Assembly: GCA_034418415.1 (NCBI GenBank) | Contig: DAOULS010000111.1 | Coordinates: 1,157-65,156 of the forward strand | Reading direction: 5' to 3' | DNA: 64,000 nt | Origin: Dehalococcoidales bacterium | GTDB taxonomy: Bacteria > Chloroflexota > Dehalococcoidia > Dehalococcoidales > RBG-16-60-22 | Part shown: positions 56,975 to 64,000 of the stretch, in pieces | Layout: each line of letters begins with the position of its first letter | Position numbering within the stretch: the first letter of the stretch is position 1 | Position numbers and translations under genes: made by a program | Notes under the pieces: model-generated | Told to the model about the DNA's origin: nothing | What the model saw: the letters and a program-made list of their open reading frames with translations, nothing else | The model's database searches: none

Positions 56975-57110
56975 GTAAATTAGGCGCGATATCAGGTAAC
57001 GCTCATGTCCGACCGTGTAAAGTTTAACCTAAATAATGATAACAAACAACTTGTATTTGTCGGTTTGTTAAAAGTGCTGGGTCTATATTCTGATTTCTTA
57101 TTCTAAAATT

Positions 57111-57211
57111 CTGGATTCCCGTTTTCACGGGAATGACGAATAATAATAGCGGGAATGACGACCGGTTAAAGCCTAACAAATACGTCATTCCCGACCTGAT
57201 CGGGAATCCAG
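57111..57211. repeat. Inverted pair of CGTC-type REP-like palindromes plus one half-site
   Basis: ctggattcccgttttcacgggaatgacg (57111-57138), half-site gcgggaatgacgac (57149-57162), opposite-orientation cgtcattcccgacctgatcgggaatccag (57183-57211). Confidence 0.9.
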
Positions 57212-57219
57212 TTTATGCC

Positions 57220-57513
57220 TTAAATAATATCCTCGTATAAATCTTTCCATTCTGGATTACTTTTCTCGATTAACTCGATTTTCCACTTCCTGTTCCATTT
57301 TTTAATTCGTTTTTCTTCGAGAATAGCTGCTTCAATATCTTCAAACTGCTGATAGTAGACTAACATGTGTACATTGTATTTTTTCGTAAAGCCTTCGACG
57401 AGATTGTTCTTATGTTCGTAAACGCGTTTGACAAGGTCAGCAGTAACTCCTGTATAGAGAGTGCCGTTGCGTTTGCTGGCCAGGATATATACATAAGAGT
57501 ACTTTGTTTTGAT
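57220..57513 (-). CDS. Small GIY-YIG nuclease (97 aa, no canonical start; not in the ORF track)
   Basis: Manual translation IKTKYSYVYILASKRNGTLYTGVTADLVKRVYEHKNNLVEGFTKKYNVHMLVYYQQFEDIEAAILEEKRIKKWNRKWKIELIEKSNPEWKDLYEDII*. The first codon is ATC, 6 nt after GAAAGG. Confidence 0.85.
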   Translation of the reverse strand: MKTKYSYVYILASKRNGTLYTGVTADLVKRVYEHKNNLVEGFTKKYNVHMLVYYQQFEDIEAAILEEKRIKKWNRKWKIELIEKSNPEWKDLYEDII

Positions 57514-57524
57514 TTTTAGCCTTT

Positions 57525-57632
57525 CTGGATTCCCGTTTTCACGGGAATGACGACTTGTTGATACTGGATTCCCGTTTTCACGGGAATGACGACTTGTTGA
57601 TACTGGATTCCCGCTTTCGCGGGAATGACGAC
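57525..57632. repeat. Three tandem CGTC-type REP-like palindromes, 39-nt period
   Basis: ctggattcccg(t/c)ttt(tca/cg)cgggaatgacgac starting at 57525, 57564 and 57603, separated by an identical ttgttgata. Confidence 0.92.
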
Positions 57633-57660
57633 TTATTGTTGCAGGAATTGCGGCGAATAA

Positions 57661-58155
57661 CTAGACCTTGATATCCCCGTGTTTCTGGATATAGGGGATT
57701 AAGCCGCCCTCGTTGAGGATTTTGAGCATGACGCCCGGTATCCTGCCGAAGGTCAGCTTGTTGCCGTTGGTCTTGTCTTTCACCGTCCCCGCCGCCAGGT
57801 CCACCTCAAGCTCGTCGCCGTCGTCAATCTTGTCGGTATCACATATCAGGACGGGCAAGCCGAGGTTGATGGCGTTGCGGAAGAAAATCCTCGCCGCGCT
57901 TTTAGCCAGTACGGCGCTGACGCCAGCCATCTTGATTACCAGCGGGGCGTGCTCCCGGCTCGACCCCAGGCCGAAGTTGCTGCCCCCCACCACGAAGTCG
58001 CCGTGTTTGACCTCTCTGGCGAAATTCTTATCGGCGTCCTCCAGAACGTGCTTGGCGAGCTCCGGCAGGTTGCTGCGCAGATGGGCGTACCTCCCCGATA
58101 TGATATGGTCGGTGGAAATGCCGTCGCCGAACTTGTGCGCTTTGCCCTTGAGCAT
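57661..58155 (-). CDS. leuD: Aconitase-family hydro-lyase small subunit (LeuD/HacB-like)
   Basis: ISTDHII, NFGLGSSREHAP, SAARIFFRNAINLGL. Confidence 0.85.
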   Translation of the reverse strand: MLKGKAHKFGDGISTDHIISGRYAHLRSNLPELAKHVLEDADKNFAREVKHGDFVVGGSNFGLGSSREHAPLVIKMAGVSAVLAKSAARIFFRNAINLGLPVLICDTDKIDDGDELEVDLAAGTVKDKTNGNKLTFGRIPGVMLKILNEGGLIPYIQKHGDIKV

Positions 58156-59409
58156 TTACATCACCTCCCGTGGGTCGGTAATTTCGCCCTTGAGCGCCGA
58201 TGCCGCCGCGGTAGCAGGGGAGGCAAGGTAAATAAAGCTCTTTGGGTTGCCCATGCGCCCCTGGAAGTTGCGGTTGGCGGTGGAGAGACATGCCTCATCG
58301 TTGCCCAGCACACCCTGGTGCAGGCCCAGGCAGGGACCGCAGCCGGGCGGCAGGATAGCGCCCCCGGACTCCACCAGCGTCTTGATGTAGCCCTTTTCAA
58401 CGGCTTGCAGGAGCACCTTCCGCGAGGCCGGCGCGATGATAAGTCGTACATTTTTAGCGGTCTTCTTGCCCTTTAAAATACCGGCGGCCACGGCTAAATC
58501 CTCCAGTCGGCCGTTGGTGCAGGTGCCGATGACCACCTGCTGGATTTTCGTGCCTTTGAGGTCTTTAGCCAGCGCCGTGTTGTCCACCGTATGCGGCTTG
58601 GAGACGGTGGGCTCAAGCTTGGCGGCGTCTATTTTTATCTTTTTTTCATATTTAGCGTCGGCGTCGGCTTCTATCGGTTTGAAGTCGTTAACTCGCCCCT
58701 CGCTCTTAAGAAATTCATGCGTCGTCTCGTCCGCGGCGAAGAGCCCCGCCTTAGCCCCGGCCTCCACCGCCATGTTGGCGACGGTGAAGCGACCGCTCAT
58801 GCTCATCTTTTTGATGGCGCTGCCGTGAAACTCCAGCGCTTTGTAGGTGGCGCCGTCCGCGCCTATTAAGCCGATTAGGTGCAGAATCAGGTCCTTGGCA
58901 CTGACGCCTTTCTGGAAATCCCCATTAACCTCGATTTTGAACGACTCCGGCACGCGGAACCAGTTCTTGCCCAGTCCCATCGCCACGGCAACGTCGCTCG
59001 AACCCATGCCGGTGGCGAAAGCACCGAGACCCCCTGCTGTGACCGTGTGCGAGTCCGCCCCCACCACCACGTCGCCCGGGCGGGCATAAGCCTCCTGGAC
59101 AATCTGGTGGCAGACGCCGTCGCCGACATCGCTTAAGATACATCCGCTTTTTCGTGAGAAGTCCCGCAGCAGGATATGGTCGTTGGAAAGGCTGGCGCTG
59201 GGGCTGGGCGCCGCGTGGTCGATAAACAGCACCGTCCTTTTGGCATTAGCCAGTTTGCCCATACCGCTGCTCTGGAACTGGCGGACAGTCAGCGGGCCGG
59301 TGGTGTCCTGCACGAAAGCCAGGTCCACTTTAGCGATGACAATATCCCCGGCTTTGGCGTCCGTGCCAGACTTTTCGCTTAAGATTTTTTCTGATAGTGT
59401 TTTGGGCAT
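58156..59409 (-). CDS. leuC: Aconitase-family hydro-lyase large subunit (LeuC/HacA-like)
   Basis: DH, GVCHQ, GADSHT, GMGSSDVA, IGTCTNGR, PGCGPCLG, STANRNF.GRMG. Confidence 0.85.
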   Translation of the reverse strand: MPKTLSEKILSEKSGTDAKAGDIVIAKVDLAFVQDTTGPLTVRQFQSSGMGKLANAKRTVLFIDHAAPSPSASLSNDHILLRDFSRKSGCILSDVGDGVCHQIVQEAYARPGDVVVGADSHTVTAGGLGAFATGMGSSDVAVAMGLGKNWFRVPESFKIEVNGDFQKGVSAKDLILHLIGLIGADGATYKALEFHGSAIKKMSMSGRFTVANMAVEAGAKAGLFAADETTHEFLKSEGRVNDFKPIEADADAKYEKKIKIDAAKLEPTVSKPHTVDNTALAKDLKGTKIQQVVIGTCTNGRLEDLAVAAGILKGKKTAKNVRLIIAPASRKVLLQAVEKGYIKTLVESGGAILPPGCGPCLGLHQGVLGNDEACLSTANRNFQGRMGNPKSFIYLASPATAAASALKGEITDPREVM

Positions 59410-59417
59410 TAATTCTT

Positions 59418-59532
59418 AAAATCCCTCTCTAACTCTCCCTTTTTCAAAGGGAGAGGATGATAGTACAAGCCAGTGTATCTTTATTCTAGCCGTTCTTTCC
59501 CCCTTTAGAAAAGGGGGACCAAGGGGGATTTT
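59418..59532. repeat. Inverted pair of a second REP-like palindrome type (CCCTTT..AAAGGG)
   Basis: aaaatccctctctaactctccctttttcaaagggaga, and on the opposite strand aaaatcccccttggtcccccttttctaaaggggga. Confidence 0.65.
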
Positions 59533-59533
59533 A

Positions 59534-61078
59534 CTACATCGGGATGTTGCCGTGTTTCTTGGCTGGGCGGGACTCCTTCTTATCCTTTAGAGCCTCCAGA
59601 GCCGCGATGATTTTCGCCCGTGTTTCGCTGGGCTGGATGACGGCGTTGATATACCCCATCTTCGCCGCCACGTAGGGATTGTAGAAAAGCTCGCGGTATT
59701 CCTCCATCTTTTCCTGCTCTTTGGCTTCCTTATCCTCGGCTTCGGCTATCTCATTCCGAAAAATTATGGGTGTGGCGCCTTCCGCGCCCATAACGGCGAT
59801 TTCCGCCTGCGGCCAGGCAAGGGTATAGTCGGCACCAAGACCCTGACTGCACATAGCTATATACGCTCCGCCGTAAGCCTTGCGGGTTATCAGCGTTATC
59901 TTGGGCACCGTCGCCTCGGCGTAGCACCAGAGCAACTTGGCGCCGTGTCTAATGATGCCGCCCCATTCCTGGTGACTGCCGGGCAGAAAGCCGGTGACAT
60001 CGGCGATGGTCAGCAGGGGGATATTAAAAGCGTCGCAGAAGCGGATGAAGCGCGTTGCCTTGTCCGAGGCATTGATATCGATAGAGCCGGCCAGAAACTG
60101 CGGCTGGTTGGCAATGATGCCGATAACCTGTCCGTTCATCCGCGCGAAGGCGGTTATCATGTTCTGGGCGTACTGGCGTGAAGGCTCAAAAATCTCACCA
60201 CCGTCGACGATGGCTTTAATGACGTCCTTCATATCATAGGTCTTTTTCGTGTCTTTCGGCAGGACATTATTCAGGGTTTCAACTGCGTTTGCCGTGGGAG
60301 CCACGGAGGCATTATGGGGAGGAAATTCTTTATTGTTCGACGGTAAATAGCTTAGCAGTTGCTTGATTTCTTCAATTGCCTGCTTGTCATTATTGCAGGC
60401 GAACTGCGCCACGCCGCTCTTGGTGCTGTGGGTTATCGCCCCGCCCAGCTCATCGTTGGTGATTTCCTCGCTGGTGACGCTCTTGACCACCGCCGGACCC
60501 GTGATGAACATGTAGCTGGTCTTTTTCACCATGAAGACGAAGTCCGTCATCGCCGGGGAATAGACGGCGCCACCCGCCGCCGGTCCCATGATGGCGGAAA
60601 TCTGCGGGATGACGCCGGAAGCGCAGGAGTTACGGTAAAATATATTGCTGTACCCGTCGAGGGAGTTGATGCCTTCCTGAATGCGCGCCCCGCCGCTATC
60701 GATGAACCCCACCATCGGCACCTTCATCTTCATCGCCAGGTCCATGACGCGGCAGATTTTCTTGGCGTGCATCTCGCCGAGCGTACCCCCGCGCGACGTG
60801 AAATCCTGGGCGAAGGCGCAGACAGTGCGGCCGTTCACCTTGCCGAAGCCGGTGATTACGCCGTCCGCCGGGATTTTTACCTTATCCAGCCCGAAGTTGC
60901 TCGAGCGGTGCTCCACGAAAAGGTCGGTCTCCTGGAACGTCCCTTTATCGAAGAAAAGGTCGAGCCTTTCCCGGGCGGTCAGCTTGCCGGAATCGTGCTG
61001 TTTCTGGACGTTCTTTTCACCGCCCCCCGCTTTAAGCTCCGCCTCAAGTTTCTTAAGTTTCCTGGTTTCGTCACTCAA
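59534..61078 (-). CDS. Acyl-CoA carboxyltransferase subunit (propionyl-/methylmalonyl-CoA type)
   Basis: GKLTARERL, DGVITG, DSGGARIQEG, GPAAGGAVYSPA, RKAYGGAY, AVMGAEGA, KKHGNIP. Confidence 0.92.
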   Translation of the reverse strand: MSDETRKLKKLEAELKAGGGEKNVQKQHDSGKLTARERLDLFFDKGTFQETDLFVEHRSSNFGLDKVKIPADGVITGFGKVNGRTVCAFAQDFTSRGGTLGEMHAKKICRVMDLAMKMKVPMVGFIDSGGARIQEGINSLDGYSNIFYRNSCASGVIPQISAIMGPAAGGAVYSPAMTDFVFMVKKTSYMFITGPAVVKSVTSEEITNDELGGAITHSTKSGVAQFACNNDKQAIEEIKQLLSYLPSNNKEFPPHNASVAPTANAVETLNNVLPKDTKKTYDMKDVIKAIVDGGEIFEPSRQYAQNMITAFARMNGQVIGIIANQPQFLAGSIDINASDKATRFIRFCDAFNIPLLTIADVTGFLPGSHQEWGGIIRHGAKLLWCYAEATVPKITLITRKAYGGAYIAMCSQGLGADYTLAWPQAEIAVMGAEGATPIIFRNEIAEAEDKEAKEQEKMEEYRELFYNPYVAAKMGYINAVIQPSETRAKIIAALEALKDKKESRPAKKHGNIPM

Positions 61079-61307
61079 ATCAGTTTCACCTCACAGCTAT
61101 AGCCTGAAAACAAATAAATGATAACATAAGGGGGATAAGGGGGCAAATTACGCGAGGGCTGAAATGGCATCTTAAGTTTAGCGAAATATTTATAAGTTGA
61201 GGGTAGCATTATTTTTTATATTTATTACAACAAATATGTATTGCATCATATAATAGTTGGACGTATAATTAGCCATACTAGAATTATTAGTGATTTCATA
61301 GAGAAAT

Positions 61308-62843
61308 ATGAACAAAGAATCTAATATTAATAAGAAATGGTGGAAGAGTAGAATTAGTAATTTCAGGGTATTATGGGCGAACACGTCAAGTAGATTTAGT
61401 AAATGGTGGAAAGACAAGTTATTAATTTCTCTTAAAGCGTCTTATAAAAATATATTTAAAATTGCTGGAATTAGTGCAATAACATATTCGCTTATTTATC
61501 TAATACCAGCTTTACTGGTACTACTAGTTAATAAAGACAATCCTGAGTTTACGACAACGATTACTGATATATTTATTAATTTCCTTTTATCTTTCTTTAT
61601 TATACTGCTAATATTTATTTTTCTTGGATTAATTTATGTTGTTACAGGAACAAAAACTGATTTATTAAGACTATCATACAATAATATTAGATCAAAAATA
61701 AGGGAAATTATTAAGAAATGTTTGATTGGTTCTGTAATTTTAGTACTCATTGTTTGTATACCACAATTTTTCGTCCTACTTTACAATATAGACCATCCCG
61801 ATTTCAACAGTGCTTTAGCTAATTTATTTGTGTTTGGAATTATTTCGCTCTTTAGCCTAATTGTCTGTATTTTCATTTTGTTTTGTATTTCTATAGTTAT
61901 AATTACTATATGGAGAAAATATCATCCCAGTGTTACTAAGAAAAAAGGGGATAGTATCTTGAAAGATGAAAATGTGCCTCCAGGTGGACCTCCCACACAA
62001 CCTATAATTAGTGGATCAAATTTCGGACATACTAGAAAATATATAATTATGTCTATCGGCGGTATAACATGGCTTGTATATGTTATTTACTATGTTGGTA
62101 GAGCTTATCTTGAAGGATTTTTTATATCGTTGGGTATACCTAAAGAGTACGTTTCATTCCAATTGCACGATTATATATATTATGGGGCTCAAATTGATAC
62201 AATCATCATCGTTATTATATTTACAGCAGTATTAGTAAAACTGATAATGACTTTATCTAGACAAAGTATTACGCAAAACAAGCCATTTAGTATACCGATT
62301 GACATTTTTGTTCTTGGTTATTTGGTACTGTATAGCATATTTCTGGTATGTTTTGTGTTTCTTCAGATTTTTAGACCAGACTATGTTGTACATGTTGCGC
62401 CAACAATGGTTATTTTAATGACTTGTATTTTCCTTTTAGGCTTTATGACTTTGATTTTGTATTTTGATCCAAATACATACGCTCATATAATGAGTTCAAA
62501 AATCAGGCGAAGCCTTTTCATTACAACTATTATAATTACACTCATAGTATCTCCATATATGAGTGGTAAAGCTTGGGGGGCATATAAAGGTCTAATTGTT
62601 AATCGTCTTGGTTTTCCTAAGGTAGAATTATGTACAAATAAAATATTAGATGATGATATAAAATGGATAACAGCTGATAATTTTACTTATAGAACAGACC
62701 AAGAACTCCTGCTAGTTATGGAAACAAATGACTATGTTTTTATAAAGACAACCGAGACAACTAGTCCAGTGTATATACTAAAACCTTCAGATATATTATC
62801 TATTAAGGTTCTATATTCTGAAAAAATGGATATTACAGAATAG
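61308..62843 (+). CDS. AT-rich orphan polytopic membrane protein
   Basis: 511-aa ORF with roughly 9-10 hydrophobic segments; DNA visibly far more AT-rich than its neighbours. Confidence 0.7.
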   Translation: MNKESNINKKWWKSRISNFRVLWANTSSRFSKWWKDKLLISLKASYKNIFKIAGISAITYSLIYLIPALLVLLVNKDNPEFTTTITDIFINFLLSFFIILLIFIFLGLIYVVTGTKTDLLRLSYNNIRSKIREIIKKCLIGSVILVLIVCIPQFFVLLYNIDHPDFNSALANLFVFGIISLFSLIVCIFILFCISIVIITIWRKYHPSVTKKKGDSILKDENVPPGGPPTQPIISGSNFGHTRKYIIMSIGGITWLVYVIYYVGRAYLEGFFISLGIPKEYVSFQLHDYIYYGAQIDTIIIVIIFTAVLVKLIMTLSRQSITQNKPFSIPIDIFVLGYLVLYSIFLVCFVFLQIFRPDYVVHVAPTMVILMTCIFLLGFMTLILYFDPNTYAHIMSSKIRRSLFITTIIITLIVSPYMSGKAWGAYKGLIVNRLGFPKVELCTNKILDDDIKWITADNFTYRTDQELLLVMETNDYVFIKTTETTSPVYILKPSDILSIKVLYSEKMDITE

Positions 62844-62858
62844 CCACTGCGTACCTTC

Positions 62859-63461
62859 CTACCCCTCCCCGTACCTTTCCTCCTGCCAGGGGTCGCCGTG
62901 GATGTGGTAGCCGGCCGCCTCCCAGAACCCCGGTTCTTCTTGAGCCATGAACCTGACGCCGGTCACCCACTTGGCGCTCTTCCAGAAGTAGAGTCGGGGC
63001 ACCACCAGCCTTACCGGGCCCCCGTGCTCCGCCGACAGAGGCTGGCCGTCGTGCTTAAGCGCGAACAGGACGTCCTCCCGGAAGAAGTCCTCCAGCGGTA
63101 TATTAGTCGAAAAGTCTCTCATACCCGCTACCATCACGTGCCTTGCCTCTTCCTTTATCTGCACCAGGTCTTTAATTACGCTTGTGCTGACGCCCTCCCA
63201 GGTGTTGTTCAGTCGCGACCAGGTGGTCACGCAGTGGATATCGGAGAAGACCTCGACCATGGGCAGGTTGGTGAATTCATCGTAGGTGAGAGTGCGCTCC
63301 TTTTCTACAAGTCCCGTAATCTTAAACGTCCACTTGGACGTGTCGATTTTCGGCACGCTGCCGTAATGCAGCACGGGCCATTTTTCGACGAGGCGCTGTC
63401 CCGGGGGCAGGCGATTTTCCCTTTGCGTATCGGGACTGATAATTTTCCTGGTGCTTTCCAT
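62859..63461 (-). CDS. Sulfite oxidase-like molybdopterin-binding oxidoreductase
   Basis: LPPGQ, DIHCVTTWS, HGGPVRLVVP..YFWKSAKW, GFWE..GYH. Confidence 0.88.
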   Translation of the reverse strand: MESTRKIISPDTQRENRLPPGQRLVEKWPVLHYGSVPKIDTSKWTFKITGLVEKERTLTYDEFTNLPMVEVFSDIHCVTTWSRLNNTWEGVSTSVIKDLVQIKEEARHVMVAGMRDFSTNIPLEDFFREDVLFALKHDGQPLSAEHGGPVRLVVPRLYFWKSAKWVTGVRFMAQEEPGFWEAAGYHIHGDPWQEERYGEG

Positions 63462-63533
63462 ATTTCCAATATAGCATATCGTTGCATTATTTAGTATTTA
63501 AATAGCGCTTTTAAGGTGTTACAATAGTGTTGA

Positions 63534-64000
63534 ATGAAAACCGTTTTAACTCCCACGAAGTGCGGTCGCGCCGAGTTCCGCTGGGGCGAGAAGACCTACA
63601 TCATGGGGGTGGTTAACTTAAGTCCCGATTCTTTTTCCGGCGACGGCATCGGCGGGGATATTGAGCGCACGGTTGAGCAGGCGCGGCGCATGGTGGACGA
63701 GGGGGCGGACATTATCGACGTGGGAGGGGAGTCCACGCGTCCCGGCACCGAGCCCATGTCTATCGAGGACGTGGACGAAGAGCTTAAGTTAGTTATCCCC
63801 GCTATCGAGCGGCTGGTAAAAGAAATCTCTGTGCCTATCAGCATCGATACGTACAAGTCGCGGGTGGCCGTACGCGCCCTGGAGGCCGGCGCCTGTGTCA
63901 TTAACGATATCTGGGGGCTCAAGAAAGACCCTACCCTCGCCCGGCTGGCTGCCGAGAAGGGCGTGCCCGTCATCCTGATGGCGAACGAGCGCGACGCCCC
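63534..64000 (+). CDS. folP: Dihydropteroate synthase (3'-truncated by window; not in the ORF track)
   Basis: Manual translation MKTVLTPTKCGRAEFRWGEKTYIMGVVNLSPDSFSGDG...GADIIDVGGESTRPG...SIDTYK...INDIWG. Confidence 0.9.
   Translation, partial: MKTVLTPTKCGRAEFRWGEKTYIMGVVNLSPDSFSGDGIGGDIERTVEQARRMVDEGADIIDVGGESTRPGTEPMSIEDVDEELKLVIPAIERLVKEISVPISIDTYKSRVAVRALEAGACVINDIWGLKKDPTLARLAAEKGVPVILMANERDA

Noticed and set aside
57525-57632. CRISPR array (palindromic ~30-nt repeats at regular spacing)
   Set aside because: The intervening 9 nt are identical (ttgttgata) and far too short for spacers, there are no cas genes, and the repeats match a REP-type palindrome.
1-64000. Prophage, integrase, transposase or reductive dehalogenase genes
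   Set aside because: No ORF shows these motifs. The GreA N-terminal extension lacks a recombinase catalytic domain.

Overview
Bacterial chromosomal window, about 50-55% GC in most coding regions. The gene content suggests an anaerobe, probably Dehalococcoidia/Chloroflexota (inference from the N-terminally extended GreA, PurS-fused PurL, small cupins and many sensor kinases). It is mostly housekeeping and accessory metabolism: purL/purQ, acpP, nusB, NAD kinase, a LeuCD-type hydratase with an IDH-type dehydrogenase, acs/satP, LutAB-like and GlcDF-like oxidoreductases, split fumarase, an FprA/SOD/ferritin-like cluster, a PseG-led glycan operon, and two tRNAs (Arg-CCT, Ala-CGC). No CRISPR array, integrase or transposase was found. 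The least explained structures are not in the ORF track. (1) A small GIY-YIG nuclease gene with no ATG (57220-57513) is bracketed by CGTC-tagged ATTCCC-N8/9-GGGAAT palindromes and lies inside the leuCD-icd operon, resembling a REP/RAYT module built around a GIY-YIG enzyme. (2) A ~100-bp AT-rich non-coding repeat occurs in three dispersed copies. (3) A decayed copy of the tRNA-Arg 3' two-thirds at 3422-3473 marks an old att-like island boundary. (4) A chimeric duplication of two gene tails sits at 1005-1116. (5) Acetyl-CoA synthetase is fused to an intact receiver domain. All family assignments come from motif recognition by eye, with no database search.
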